A DNA stretch of 64,000 nucleotides from Anaerolineae bacterium (GTDB taxonomy: Bacteria > Chloroflexota > Anaerolineae > B4-G1 > DUEL01): contig JBDOIF010000008.1 of assembly GCA_041082215.1 (NCBI GenBank), positions 6,036-70,035 on the forward strand. Direction: 5' to 3'. This document shows positions 8,555 through 18,790 of the stretch, piece after piece. How positions within the stretch are numbered: position 1 is the stretch's first letter; each line of letters starts with the position of its first letter. The notes beneath the pieces were generated by a model. That model was not told the origin of the DNA, did no database searches, and saw nothing but the letters and a program-made list of their open reading frames with translations. Made by a program: the position numbers and the translations under genes.

Positions 8555-11500
8555 ATGGAAAGAATATGGATTGTGGACCCGGACCCGGCCTTCTGTCAGG
8601 AATTAAAGAGAACCCTGCGTGAGGCCGGACTTCAAGTTTTCGGGATGACGCAGGTCCCCTCCCCCACCCCCTGGGAGAAAAACGATACTCTGCTTGTTGA
8701 CATAACCATACTGCCGGTGCCCACGCCACCGGAGATCGTCATCGCCCTTGTCCCCCCCGACGACAGGGCCGATCCAGCCCAGGCCCTCCGGTCCGGCGCT
8801 CATCTCTGCATTCCCAAGCTCCCCCCCTGGTTAGACTCGCTCCCCTCCCTCCTGCACAACCTCCACGCCCACAGGGAACGGGAGCAGGACCAGGCAGACT
8901 ATGACCAGGTGCTGACCCTCATGGGCGAAGGGATCGCCTTCGAGGATGCCGAGGGGCGCTTTACCTTCATCAGCCCTCATCTGGCCCGGATGCTGGGATA
9001 TGCGGAAGAAGAGCTGCTGGGCCGCCATTATACTGAGCTGATCCACCCCCACGACCGGGAACGGGCGCAGGCCGAGACGGCCAAGCGTCCCCACGGGATC
9101 GCCAGCCAGTACGAGCTGCGGCTTCTGCGGAAAGACGGCTCAGCTCTCCCGGTCTGGGTTGTAGCAACCCCCCGGATCGAAGGGGAAGTGTTCACCGGCG
9201 TAACGGTCGTTTTCCGCGATCTATCTCTTGAGAAAGAGAAAGTCAGAGCCCGCCTCCAGGCCCTCCAGCAGGTCATCTCCAGCGTCGGGGCAGAGTGGGA
9301 GCTTGTGGAGGTTTTCCGCAGGGCCCGAAACGTGCTGCGGGATATCTTCGAGGGCGTCCTGGAGGTGCTTTTCATGATCGCCGATGAGGGGGAGACGGGC
9401 ATCCTCCGTCCCATAGGCCTCCAGGAAGAATCCCCCCTGCTCGATCTGCTCGAGCAGCTCCTGGGAATTCCTGTGGCCGAAATGCGCTTCCCCCTTTCCA
9501 ACCTGCCCGTTGAGTGGCGAGAACGGATCCCCAAAGGACGTCCCTGCATCAGCCTCGACATTTCGGAACTGGGACGGATGCTCATCGGCCAGAAGGCAAC
9601 CGACACGGGCCTCCGCCTTGTCCAGGTCCAGAGTGTGGTGGCCCTGCCCCTGCGCACGGGCGGCCTCCTTCGGGGGTTGATCGTCGTGGCGATAGGCCGC
9701 CCCTACTTCCAGCAGGAGGAGCTGGACCTGGCGATGACGGTCGCTAACCTGGTGGCAGCAGCAATGGAGAGCCACGCCCTCCTGGAACAGGCCCGGCGGC
9801 GGATGGAGGACCTGAAGCGGCTGTTCGAACTCTCCCAGGCTATCGCCGCCTCCAGCGACCCCACGGAGCTGGCGACTATCGCCGCCCGACAGTTCATTCA
9901 GGCCGCCAATATGGAAGAGGCCAGCATCTACCTCTGGGACCGCGAGAGAGATGCGCTGCGCCTTGTTGTGGACCTGTACTACGACTACGAGGCGAACGTT
10001 TTTCAACACCGTCATGCTCCAGAGGTCTGCTCCCTCCAGGACGCCCCTTTCATCCGCCAGGTGCTGGAAACACGGCAGCCTCTACAGCTCCTCGCCGACG
10101 ATCCGGGCCTGGACTCTGAAACACCGGATAGCTTCCAGAGGGCCAGGGCCCGGATGAACGTCGTCCTCCCCCTGGTCCAGAAGGGGAGGAGCATCGGCAT
10201 CGTCGAGCTCAGAGACTCGGCCCGCAGGGAGCGGTTGGGGCGCGAACTGTTGAACCTGGGGATGACGCTGGCCGGGCAGGTGGCCGAAGCGCTGGAGAGC
10301 GCCCGCCTCTTCCACGAAACCCGGCAACGGGCCATCCAGTTGCAGACCGCAGCCGAGATCGCCCGACACGCCACCACCATCCTCGACGTCGAAACCCTCC
10401 TGACTCAGAGCGTAGAGCTGATCTGCGAGCGGTTCGACCTCTACTATGTCGGCATTTTCCTGCTGGACCCGACCGGGCAGTGGGCCGTCCTGCGGGCCGG
10501 TTCGGGGGAGGCGGGACGGAAGATGCTGGAGGCGGGCCACCGGCTCGAAGTGGGCGGCCCTTCTATGATCGGCTCCTGTGTTGCCCGCGGGGAGGCCCGC
10601 ATCGCCCTCGATGTGGGGAAAGAGGCGGTCCGTTTCGATAACCCCCTGCTCCCTGAGACCCATTCGGAGATGGCCCTCCCGCTGATCAGCCGGGGGCGCG
10701 TCATCGGCGCGATGACGATCCAGTCAACCCAGCCTGCCGCGTTCTCCGAAGAAGACATCACCATTCTCCAGACCATGGCCGACCAACTGGCCAACGCCAT
10801 CGAAAACGCCCGCCTTCATGAAGAGCAACAGCGTCGCCTCACCGAGCTGGCCGCTCTGTACGAGGTCGGCCGGGCCATCACCGCCATCCTCGACCCCCAG
10901 GCCCTCATCGAGGCCGTCTACGAACAGGTCAACCGCTTCATTGACGCCCCCATCTTCTACATCGCCCTGTGGGAACAGATAACCGACGCCATCCGTATCC
11001 CGGTCATTATCGAACACGGCCGGAGACTCTACGACCAGCAGGTGGGCTGGGAAGGGCTGGTGGGTTGGGTTATGCGCAGTAACCGGCCGCTCCTGGTGAA
11101 AAACCTGCAGGATGCAGGCGAACTCCCCCCCGAGGTCACGCCGCAGGTCATCGGCCACACATATCCCCTGTCCCTCGCCCTCGTCCCGCTAACCATCGGC
11201 GAGCGGGTGGTCGGTGTCCTTTCAGCCCAGAGCGAACAGGTCGGCGCCTACACCGAACAGGACCTCGATTTCCTCACCGCTGTCGCCAGTCAGGTGGCGG
11301 TCGCCGTGGAGAACGCCCGCCTCTATGAACAGGAGCGCCGTCGGGCCACCCAGGCCTCCCTCCTGAACACCGTAGCCCAGCAGGCCAACGCCATCCTCTC
11401 CGCCGAACGGCTCCTGCCCGCCGTCGCCGAGGCGATCCGTGAGCACTTCGGATACGATAGCGTCATCCTGATGCTGATAGACCCCAGGGAACGGGTCCTG

Positions 11501-14500
11501 AAGCTCGCCGGCAAGGCCGGAATGGGGACCGACGGCCTCCCCGAAGGCTTCCGTCAGTCGCTTGACCAGGGGATCATCGGCTGGGTCGCCCGCCACGGAG
11601 AGACCCTCCTGGTCAACGACACCCGGCAGGACGAGCGGTACTATGCCCCGATCCCCGACCTCTACCTGGCCGGCTCCGAACTGGCCGTCCCGCTCAAGAT
11701 CGGCGGAGAGACGGTCGGCGTGCTGGACCTGCAGTGCGTGGCAAGCTACGGGTTCGATGAGACGGACGTCGCCACGGCCCAGACGCTGGCCGAGCAGGTG
11801 GCCGTCGCGCTCCACAATGCCCGGCTTTACGAAGAGGCACGCCGCAGAGCAGAGGAGCTGGCCGCCCTTAACGCTGTGGCCGCCCGGCTGGGGCAGTCCC
11901 TGGAGCTGGAAGAGGTGCTGAACGGAGCGATGGAGGAAGTGACCCGCGTGCTGGGAGTCGAGGCCTCCGCCGTCAGCCTGGTAGATGAGGAAACGAATGA
12001 GGTGGTCCTGAAAGCCCAATACGGCCTCCGATACTCCCACCTGGGTATGCGGATCCCCCTGGGAGAGGGCCTCTCCGGCATAGTGATCCGAACCGGCGAA
12101 CCCCTGATCACCGGCGATGTCAGCCAGGACCCCCGGCTGGCGGTCCGGGAGTTTGCCCGGGAGAAGGTGCAGGCGATGGTCATGGTGCCCATCCACTCCC
12201 GTGGCAAGGTCGTGGGCATCCTCAGCGCTATGAGCCATTTCCCCCACGAATTCGACGAACGGGAGATCACTCTGCTGAAGGGTATCGCCAACCAGGTGGG
12301 GGCGGCTGTGGAGAACGCCCGCCTCTTCGAGGCCGAGCGCTCTCAGCGGCAGATGGCGGAAACACTCCGCAGCGTCGCCACCGTCCTCACCTCCACCCTG
12401 GAGCTGGGACAGGTCCTGGACTGGCTGCTGGACCATCTGGAACGGCTGGTAGCCCACGACCGGGCAAAGGTGATGCTGCTCCACGACGGACGGCTGCGGG
12501 TGATGGCTACCCACGGCTACGACCAGCACCCTGATGGCAGCCCTATGCTGGGCCGCCTGATCTCCCTGGCCGAAGCCCCCCTCCTGCGGGAAGTCGTGCA
12601 GGGAAAGAAACCGGTTGTGGTCACGGACCCCTCCACCGACCCCCGCTGGTGGCATAAAGAGGGGCTCTGGCGCTCCGAAAGCTGGATCGGAGTGCCGTTG
12701 ATCGTGCGGGATGAGGTGATCGGCGTTCTGACCGTATCACGGAAGGCCCCGCCCCGCTTCACCCCAAAAGAGGCAGCCCTGGTGACCGACATTGCTGTCC
12801 AGGCTGCCGTTGCTATCGAGAACGCCTACCTGTACGAAGAGGCCCGCCGCCAGACCCGCGAGCTGGCCGCTATGTACCGCATCGCCACCACTGTGGGCCG
12901 CTCGCTGGACCTGCCCGCCGTCCTTTCGGAGACGCTGACCCACGTGACGGAACTGATCAACCTGCAGGCCGGGGCGATCTTCCTGCGGGAGCAGGCCGGC
13001 CAATGGATGACCCTGGCAGCCCACCGCAAGCTCCCGGAAGGGGCAGAAAGAAACCTGCATACGGTCTATCTCGGAGAGGGTCCCCTCGGTAAGGCCGCGC
13101 TGCGGACAGAGGTAAGCCAGCTCCCGGTGTGGGAGATCTTCTGCGGCGAGGCGAAGGAAGAGGGGGAAGGGACAACAACAGGGGTGGTGGTACCCCTGCG
13201 GGTGCGGGGGCGGGTGATCGGAGCTATGGCCCTCGGCTCCCCCCACGCGGAGGAGATCCAGCCCGCCACGATCCGCCTGCTGGATACCGTCGCCCGCCAC
13301 CTGGCGGTGGCGATCGAGAACGCCCGGCTCTACGCCGAGATGGAAAACCGTGAGCAGATGGCCCGCGCCCTCTACCAGGTCACCCGTCACCTCACCTCAC
13401 TGGACCCCCATCAGATACCGGAGCGGGTGCTGGTGGAGCTCCGGCACGTGATCGCCTACGATGTGGCCGGCGTGCTGATCCGGGGGGATGCTGGCGCCGA
13501 TCTGATGCTCCACGTCGCCACGCCTTGCAGCCGGGGGGAACTCCAGGAGGCGGAAAACCGGCTGCTGGAGGGGTTCCGGCTTCTGGGCGGCGGGCCGATC
13601 CGACCGGATGAGATCAACCGATCCGTCTGGTCGCAGGTGGAACTCAGCCCTGAAACCTCCGGGGAGCCGGGGTTCCGATCCTATCTCAGCGCACCCCTCG
13701 TGGTGGGCGAGCGGCTGGCCGGCCTCCTCCAGCTCCTGTGTCGCCAGGCCGATGCCTACGACGAACAGGCACAGCGGCTTATCCTCATCGTCGCCAACCA
13801 GGTGGCGACAGCGGTCGAGAACGCCCAGCTCTACCAGGCAGTGCGGGAGCACGCAGCCAACCTGGAGGAGGCGTACAGACAGCTCCAGGAGGTGGATAAG
13901 CTCAAGGACGAGCTGATCCAGAACGTCTCCCACGAGCTGCGTACCCCCCTCACCTTCGTCAAGGGGTATGTGCGGTTGATGAGGGAGGAGGAACTGGGGC
14001 CGCTCACACCAGACCAGCAGAAGGCGCTGGAGGTGATGGACCGCAAGACCGATCACCTGGCCCGCCTGGTCAGCGACATTGTGACGCTGGAAACGGTCAG
14101 CCGGGAGACGCTGGAGATCAGGCCGACCGACCTGGTACAACTGGCACAGATGGCACTGGAGGCCTGCCGCCCGGCTGCTGTCGAGGCCGGGATTGAGCTA
14201 TGCACGGAGATCCCTCCCAGGCTTCCCCCTGTCCTGGCCGATTGGGCCCGCATCAGCGAGGTCTTCGACAACCTCCTGGCCAATGCCATCAAGTTCAGCC
14301 CGGATGGAGGGACGATCACCGTCCGGATGGAGGAGGAGAAAGACGCCGTGCGGGTCGAGATCTCCGACACCGGCATTGGCATCCCCAGAGATAAGCTCGC
14401 CCGCATATTCGACCGGTTTTACCAGGTAGACGGCTCTACCCGTCGGCGGTTCGGCGGTGCCGGCCTGGGACTGGCCATCGTCAAGCGGATCGTCGAATCC

Positions 14501-14581
14501 CACGGCGGGAAGGTGGGGGTGGAGAGCGAACCGGGGAAGGGGAGCACCTTCCACTTCACCCTCCCCAAAGCATCGCTGTAG
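8555..14581 (+). CDS. giant sensor histidine kinase: REC-like, PAS, ~9 GAF domains, HisKA, HATPase_c
   Basis: 2008 aa. The GAF-terminal motif ENARL(Y/F)EE recurs 9 times. H-box SHELRTPL. G-boxes DTGIGI and [10 protein letters not shown]. Confidence 0.9.
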   Translation: MERIWIVDPDPAFCQELKRTLREAGLQVFGMTQVPSPTPWEKNDTLLVDITILPVPTPPEIVIALVPPDDRADPAQALRSGAHLCIPKLPPWLDSLPSLLHNLHAHREREQDQADYDQVLTLMGEGIAFEDAEGRFTFISPHLARMLGYAEEELLGRHYTELIHPHDRERAQAETAKRPHGIASQYELRLLRKDGSALPVWVVATPRIEGEVFTGVTVVFRDLSLEKEKVRARLQALQQVISSVGAEWELVEVFRRARNVLRDIFEGVLEVLFMIADEGETGILRPIGLQEESPLLDLLEQLLGIPVAEMRFPLSNLPVEWRERIPKGRPCISLDISELGRMLIGQKATDTGLRLVQVQSVVALPLRTGGLLRGLIVVAIGRPYFQQEELDLAMTVANLVAAAMESHALLEQARRRMEDLKRLFELSQAIAASSDPTELATIAARQFIQAANMEEASIYLWDRERDALRLVVDLYYDYEANVFQHRHAPEVCSLQDAPFIRQVLETRQPLQLLADDPGLDSETPDSFQRARARMNVVLPLVQKGRSIGIVELRDSARRERLGRELLNLGMTLAGQVAEALESARLFHETRQRAIQLQTAAEIARHATTILDVETLLTQSVELICERFDLYYVGIFLLDPTGQWAVLRAGSGEAGRKMLEAGHRLEVGGPSMIGSCVARGEARIALDVGKEAVRFDNPLLPETHSEMALPLISRGRVIGAMTIQSTQPAAFSEEDITILQTMADQLANAIENARLHEEQQRRLTELAALYEVGRAITAILDPQALIEAVYEQVNRFIDAPIFYIALWEQITDAIRIPVIIEHGRRLYDQQVGWEGLVGWVMRSNRPLLVKNLQDAGELPPEVTPQVIGHTYPLSLALVPLTIGERVVGVLSAQSEQVGAYTEQDLDFLTAVASQVAVAVENARLYEQERRRATQASLLNTVAQQANAILSAERLLPAVAEAIREHFGYDSVILMLIDPRERVLKLAGKAGMGTDGLPEGFRQSLDQGIIGWVARHGETLLVNDTRQDERYYAPIPDLYLAGSELAVPLKIGGETVGVLDLQCVASYGFDETDVATAQTLAEQVAVALHNARLYEEARRRAEELAALNAVAARLGQSLELEEVLNGAMEEVTRVLGVEASAVSLVDEETNEVVLKAQYGLRYSHLGMRIPLGEGLSGIVIRTGEPLITGDVSQDPRLAVREFAREKVQAMVMVPIHSRGKVVGILSAMSHFPHEFDEREITLLKGIANQVGAAVENARLFEAERSQRQMAETLRSVATVLTSTLELGQVLDWLLDHLERLVAHDRAKVMLLHDGRLRVMATHGYDQHPDGSPMLGRLISLAEAPLLREVVQGKKPVVVTDPSTDPRWWHKEGLWRSESWIGVPLIVRDEVIGVLTVSRKAPPRFTPKEAALVTDIAVQAAVAIENAYLYEEARRQTRELAAMYRIATTVGRSLDLPAVLSETLTHVTELINLQAGAIFLREQAGQWMTLAAHRKLPEGAERNLHTVYLGEGPLGKAALRTEVSQLPVWEIFCGEAKEEGEGTTTGVVVPLRVRGRVIGAMALGSPHAEEIQPATIRLLDTVARHLAVAIENARLYAEMENREQMARALYQVTRHLTSLDPHQIPERVLVELRHVIAYDVAGVLIRGDAGADLMLHVATPCSRGELQEAENRLLEGFRLLGGGPIRPDEINRSVWSQVELSPETSGEPGFRSYLSAPLVVGERLAGLLQLLCRQADAYDEQAQRLILIVANQVATAVENAQLYQAVREHAANLEEAYRQLQEVDKLKDELIQNVSHELRTPLTFVKGYVRLMREEELGPLTPDQQKALEVMDRKTDHLARLVSDIVTLETVSRETLEIRPTDLVQLAQMALEACRPAAVEAGIELCTEIPPRLPPVLADWARISEVFDNLLANAIKFSPDGGTITVRMEEEKDAVRVEISDTGIGIPRDKLARIFDRFYQVDGSTRRRFGGAGLGLAIVKRIVESHGGKVGVESEPGKGSTFHFTLPKASL

Positions 14582-14634
14582 GTTGCTCTCTTCTTTGACC
14601 ACGGATGCCATTCCAACCACCGGACAGTCTTGCA

Positions 14635-14812
14635 GATCACGAATCCCACGAATCAGACAAATGGCACAAATGGTGCGAAGCTGGGTAATGACCTGCCCAC
14701 GTAGCGCAGGCCGCCAGGCCTGTTTCGCGCAGGCTAACAGCCTGCGCTACGTAAGAACTGCCCGGAAATATCCGCATTCGTGAAACTCGGCCTGTTCGCG
14801 TCATTCGCGATG
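14635..14812. repeat. palindromic element of 9-bp CGAAT/CAAAT units (short family, copy D1) with internal alternative hairpins
   Basis: The left arm GATCACGAATCCCACGAATCAGACAAATGGCACAAATGG mirrors the right arm ...CATTCGTG...GTTCGCGTCATTCGCGATG. The second copy is at 39589-39706. Confidence 0.6.
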
Positions 14813-16012
14813 AGCAAAGAAGCCACCGGCAGCCTGTTCCTCAAGCCGGGACGGGAGCGGTCCGTCCTCCGCCACCACCCCTGGGTCTTCTCCGGAGCAG
14901 TTGCCCGCATCGAGGGACAGCCCACTGACGGGGATGTGGTGGAAGTGCGGGATGCCGCCGGGGCCTGGCTGGGCCGGGGCTACCTCAACCGCCGCTCCCA
15001 GATCGTCGTCCGGCTCCTCACCTGGGACCCCGAAGAGCGGGTGGACGGGACCTTCTGGCACAGGCGGCTGGAGCGGGCCGTGGCGGCCCGCAAAGGGCTG
15101 GAACGGGACCCCACTACCACCGCCTGCCGGCTTGTCCACGCCGAGTCGGACGGCCTGCCGGGGCTGGTGGTTGACCGGTACGGAGATTACCTGGCCGTGC
15201 AGTTCCTCACCCTGGGGGTGGAGCTGCGCCGCCAGGCAATCCTGGACAGCCTGGTGCAGCTTCTTACCCCCCGGGGGATCTTCGAGCGGTCCGATGTGGA
15301 GGTCCGGGAAAAGGAGGGGCTTCCCCCCCAAACGGGACATCTGCGGGGAGAACAGCCGCCGGACCGGCTGGAGGTACGGGAAGGCGGCCACCGCTTCCTG
15401 GTGGACATCCGCTCCGGTCAGAAGACGGGGTTTTATCTGGACCAGCGGGAGAACCGGGGACGACTCCCCCCTTTCTGCGCTGGGGCTGAGGTGCTGGACG
15501 GCTTCGCCTACACTGGAGCCTTTGGCGTCTACGCGGCGTCGGGCGGCGCGGCCCGGGTGACCTTTGTGGAGAGCTCCGGCCCGGCGCTGGCAATGGCCCG
15601 CCAGAACATGGCCCTCAACGGCCACCGGCCAGAGGCACACGAGTTCGTCGAGGGGAACATGTTCCAGACGTTGCGGCAGTTTGAGGCCGAGGGCCGACGG
15701 TTCGACGTCGTCGTCCTGGACCCGCCCAAGTTTGCCCCATCGGCCCAGGACGTACAGCGGGCAGCCCGGGCCTATAAGGACGTCAACCTGCTGGCCTTCC
15801 GGCTGCTCCGACCCGGCGGTGTGCTTTTTTCCACTTCATGCTCCGGGGCGGTCTCCGCCGACCTCTTTCAGAAGATCCTCTTTGGCGCAGCGGTTGACGC
15901 GGGGCGGGAGGCTCAGATCATCGGCTATCTGCATCAGGGGGCCGACCACCCGGTGGCTCTCACCTTCCCCGAAGGGGCATACCTCAAGGGGCTGATCTGC
16001 CGCGTGTGGTAG
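14810..16012 (+). CDS. rlmI: class I SAM-dependent rRNA (cytosine-C5) methyltransferase, RlmI-like
   Basis: N-terminal LKPGRERSVLRHHPWVFSGAV (PUA-like) and a C-terminal methyltransferase fold. I chose the start at ATG 14810 because the longer ORF start (14780) lies inside repeat D1. Confidence 0.75.
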   Translation: MSKEATGSLFLKPGRERSVLRHHPWVFSGAVARIEGQPTDGDVVEVRDAAGAWLGRGYLNRRSQIVVRLLTWDPEERVDGTFWHRRLERAVAARKGLERDPTTTACRLVHAESDGLPGLVVDRYGDYLAVQFLTLGVELRRQAILDSLVQLLTPRGIFERSDVEVREKEGLPPQTGHLRGEQPPDRLEVREGGHRFLVDIRSGQKTGFYLDQRENRGRLPPFCAGAEVLDGFAYTGAFGVYAASGGAARVTFVESSGPALAMARQNMALNGHRPEAHEFVEGNMFQTLRQFEAEGRRFDVVVLDPPKFAPSAQDVQRAARAYKDVNLLAFRLLRPGGVLFSTSCSGAVSADLFQKILFGAAVDAGREAQIIGYLHQGADHPVALTFPEGAYLKGLICRVW

Positions 16013-16016
16013 GTCC

Positions 16017-16790
16017 TCAATCCCGCTGCATCGCCACCCAGCGGCCGCTTTCCCTCCTCACCCAAAGGACCGGCTCCCCGCCGACCAGGGAGGGGCGGAG
16101 CCTTCCCCTCGTATCCACCATCCCTTCGGTCAGGAGCTGCCCATCCACCGCCTGTACACGGGCCACGCCCGCCGCCAGCAGGGTCGGGACGGGCTGGAGG
16201 CCCTCCAGCTCCCGCAGTCGTCCGCGAAGGATGAAGCGGCCGTCCTCGCCGGAGGCGGCCAGCCCCACGGCCGCCAGCGCGCCGACCGCCCCGCTCCCGT
16301 CTCCCCCCAGGCCCCGCAGGATCAGCCCGGCCTGATCGGCCAGGATGTGGGCCTCGGCCAGGGTGACCAGCGTCTCCTTCGCCTTCCGGCCAAAGGCCAT
16401 CACCGATGCCGGCACCTGCCAGGCCAGACAGAGGCCAGGATCGCTGCCGGGGGCGGCCCGCTCCATCACCCACCGGCCCACGAGCCAGGCCATCTCCTCC
16501 AGCTCCGCCGCCCCATCCGCCTCCAGATGGATCACCGCCGCGCTGTTGCGAGCGGTCATCGGCACCCGGGGGTCCTGCAGTAGCTGGTGCCGGGTGACGC
16601 CGAAGAGGGGGAACCGTTCCCCCAGGCGACCGGCGATCTCCCGCGCCAGCCTGCCCGTACCCGGCGATCCGGGCATGTCCGTATCGTCCAACCCGATCCA
16701 GATCACTTGACGAGACCTCGCAGGGATGATATAGTGCTCGTGCACAGAGTGTCTAACGTTTGACGTTTGACGTTTGACGTCAAACGTCAA
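16017..16790 (-). CDS. hypothetical protein with an N-terminal GLDDTD motif (TiaS N-terminal-like? uncertain)
   Basis: Long ORF. The first ~28 codons are encoded by the heptamer palindrome, so the real start is probably GTG 16706 (VIWIGLDDTDMPG...). Confidence 0.45.
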   Translation of the reverse strand: MTFDVKRQTSNVRHSVHEHYIIPARSRQVIWIGLDDTDMPGSPGTGRLAREIAGRLGERFPLFGVTRHQLLQDPRVPMTARNSAAVIHLEADGAAELEEMAWLVGRWVMERAAPGSDPGLCLAWQVPASVMAFGRKAKETLVTLAEAHILADQAGLILRGLGGDGSGAVGALAAVGLAASGEDGRFILRGRLRELEGLQPVPTLLAAGVARVQAVDGQLLTEGMVDTRGRLRPSLVGGEPVLWVRRESGRWVAMQRD

Positions 16791-16804
16791 GCGTCAAACG
16801 TCAG
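16753..16804. repeat. 52-bp near-perfect palindrome made of (GACGTTT)3 / (AAACGTC)3 heptamers
   Basis: Centre is GACGTC at 16776-16781. Only 2 mismatches in 26 pairs. Lies in the divergent intergenic region. Confidence 0.9.
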
Positions 16805-16841
16805 ATTTGAACATCAAGCCGGATGCCGGTGAGAACGTTTT

Positions 16842-17240
16842 ATGCCTCGACCACGGAAGAAGCGGACGGTCGAATACGTTCCGGCAGAGATGACGTACAA
16901 GCCGGTGGGACGACCGCTGGCGGAGCTGCCTCAGATCTGGCTCTCTTATGAGGAACTGGAAGCGCTGCGGCTGGCGGATCTGGAGGGTCTGTACCAGGCC
17001 GAGGCGGCCAGCCGAATGGAGGTCTCTCGCTCCACCTTCCAGCGCATCCTCAGCGATGCCCGGCGCAAGGTAGCCCAGGCGCTGGTGGAAGGGGCGGCGC
17101 TGGTCGTCGGGCAGGTGGAGACGCCGGTGCAGCGGTGGCGGTGTGGAGCATGCGGCTATGGCTGGGCGGTGCTCCACGGCTCGGGGGAGGCGGTCGCGCC
17201 GGTATGTCCCCGGTGTGGCCGGCCGGTGGATGAGGGCTGA
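16842..17240 (+). CDS. DUF134 (UPF0251) putative DNA-binding protein with C-terminal zinc ribbon
   Basis: MPRPRKKR...LSYEELEALRLADLEGLYQAEAASRMEVSRSTFQRIL is typical of DUF134. C-terminal CGACG...CPRCG. Confidence 0.75.
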   Translation: MPRPRKKRTVEYVPAEMTYKPVGRPLAELPQIWLSYEELEALRLADLEGLYQAEAASRMEVSRSTFQRILSDARRKVAQALVEGAALVVGQVETPVQRWRCGACGYGWAVLHGSGEAVAPVCPRCGRPVDEG

Positions 17241-17241
17241 G

Positions 17242-18012
17242 TCACCCATCCCGCCCCGAATAGATGCGGGTGCCCGGGTTTTCCCCCTTCAGCGCTGCCG
17301 TCAGCGTGCCAGGCTCCAGCCCGTTGACCAGCAGCACCTCCCGCACGGAGCGGGCCTGAGCCAGCGCTGCCAGCATCGCCCGCTCTACCGGCAGGTCCGG
17401 CAGGTCTCGCCTCATCAATTCCTCCACGCCGATCTCGGGGATAAACTCCGCTGAGGGGTTTCGCTTCGGGTCGTCGGTGTAGAGGCCGCGCTCGTCTTTG
17501 ACCAGGACGCAGCGGCGGGCGCCCAGCACCTCGGCGGTGAGCAGCGTGCCGACATCGGTGCGGTGGGGAGGAATGCGGCCGATGGCGGGAGGCTCCTCCC
17601 ACAGCCCATAGGGGGGCATCGCGTGCATCACCGGGATAGCCCCCAGCCGGAGATAAGCGGGAAGCTTGAGCAGGTCGTCGTGGCCGATCTTGACCCCCCC
17701 GTAGGGGGCCAGGAGAAGGGCGATCATCATAGCGTTCTGTTCGCTGGTGCTGGCCCCCAGCGCGGCCAGCACGCCTGTCGGCATCCCCAGATCGAGGGCG
17801 ATGGCGTAGGCGTGGCGGGAACGGGTCCCTCCGCCGGTCAGCACGAGCAGGTCAAGCCCGGCGCGCGCTGCGACCAGCTCTTCCAGAAGGGGGAAGACAG
17901 CGGCCCGCCCCCGGTCAATCACCGACTGTCCCCCCAGCTTGATCACTGCCAGGTCCGGCAGGGGCTGGAAGAGGACGGTCGCATCCGTCTCCTGGAGGAG
18001 TCGCTTTCGCAT
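17242..18012 (-). CDS. amino-acid-kinase-fold protein, molybdenum storage protein (MosA/MosB)-like
   Basis: VIKLGGQSVIDRG, LTGGGTRSRH, PPY...IPPHRTD and VNG..PG.LTAAL match my recollection of MoSto subunits. Start chosen at Met37 (GGGGGAG RBS), because Met1 lies in hairpin repeat B. Confidence 0.6.
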   Translation of the reverse strand: MRKRLLQETDATVLFQPLPDLAVIKLGGQSVIDRGRAAVFPLLEELVAARAGLDLLVLTGGGTRSRHAYAIALDLGMPTGVLAALGASTSEQNAMMIALLLAPYGGVKIGHDDLLKLPAYLRLGAIPVMHAMPPYGLWEEPPAIGRIPPHRTDVGTLLTAEVLGARRCVLVKDERGLYTDDPKRNPSAEFIPEIGVEELMRRDLPDLPVERAMLAALAQARSVREVLLVNGLEPGTLTAALKGENPGTRIYSGRDG

Positions 18013-18098
18013 CAACGACTCCCCCATCAGGGGGGATTCGATGTGGAGCCGCCCGCTCTCGTCCCGTTTCAGTCCCACAGGTCCCTCGGGTAGTAGAA

Positions 18099-18173
18099 AC
18101 CACAGAAGCACAGAGGACACAGAGGGATGCCGGAATTAAGTAGAACTCTGTGCTCTTCGTGCCTCTGTGGTGG
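18099..18173. repeat. hairpin repeat, CCACAGA-GCAC family (copy B)
   Basis: ACCACAGAAGCACAGAGGACACAGAG pairs imperfectly with CTCTGTGCTCTTCGTGCCTCTGTGGTGG. Lies between clpP and the next gene. Confidence 0.65.
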
Positions 18174-18196
18174 AAATATCGAAACAAGGGGAGCAA

Positions 18197-18790
18197 CTAT
18201 CTGGCCGGCTCCAGCACCTGGTCTATGATCCCGTACGTGGCCGCCTGCTCCGCCGTCATATAGAAATCCCGGTCGGTGAACCGCTCGATCTGCTCGTCGG
18301 AAAGGCCAGTGTGCCGCTTCAGGAGGTCGTTGAGGAGGGAGCGCATCCGCAGGATCTCCTTGGCTGCGATCTCGATGTCGGTGGCCTGGCCCTGCACCCC
18401 GCCCAGCGGCTGGTGGAGATGGATGGTGGCGTGAGGGAGAGCGAACCGGCGGCCCTTGGTGCCGGCGGTGAGGAGAACCGTGCCCATGCTGGCCGCCATT
18501 CCCACGGCGATGGTGGAGACGGGGGCACGCAGGAGCTGCATCGTATCGTAGATCGCCAGCCCGGCCGGGATCACCCCGCCGGGGCAATTTATGTAAAGGG
18601 AAATCTCCCGCTCCGGGTCCTCCCGGTCCAGAAACAGCAACTGGGCCACGATCAGGTTGGCCACCTGGTCGGTGATGGGGGTGCCCAGGAAGACGATCCG
18701 TTCGCGCAGAAGGAGGGAAAAGATATCGTAGGCCCGCTCCCCCCGCCCGGTGGACTCGATGACCATGGGAATCAGATTCTCAACGTCCAT
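18197..18790 (-). CDS. clpP: ATP-dependent Clp protease proteolytic subunit
   Basis: 197 aa, full-length family colinearity ([32 protein letters not shown]). Confidence 0.95.
   Translation of the reverse strand: MDVENLIPMVIESTGRGERAYDIFSLLLRERIVFLGTPITDQVANLIVAQLLFLDREDPEREISLYINCPGGVIPAGLAIYDTMQLLRAPVSTIAVGMAASMGTVLLTAGTKGRRFALPHATIHLHQPLGGVQGQATDIEIAAKEILRMRSLLNDLLKRHTGLSDEQIERFTDRDFYMTAEQAATYGIIDQVLEPAR

Noticed and set aside
16707-16790. N-terminal 28 codons (MTFDVKRQTSNVRHS...) of the 16017-16790 ORF
   Set aside because: They are encoded by the heptamer palindrome. A GTG at 16706 gives a family-like VIWIGLDDTD start. The same logic rejects the repeat-borne starts at 14780, 18120, 42164 and 50838.
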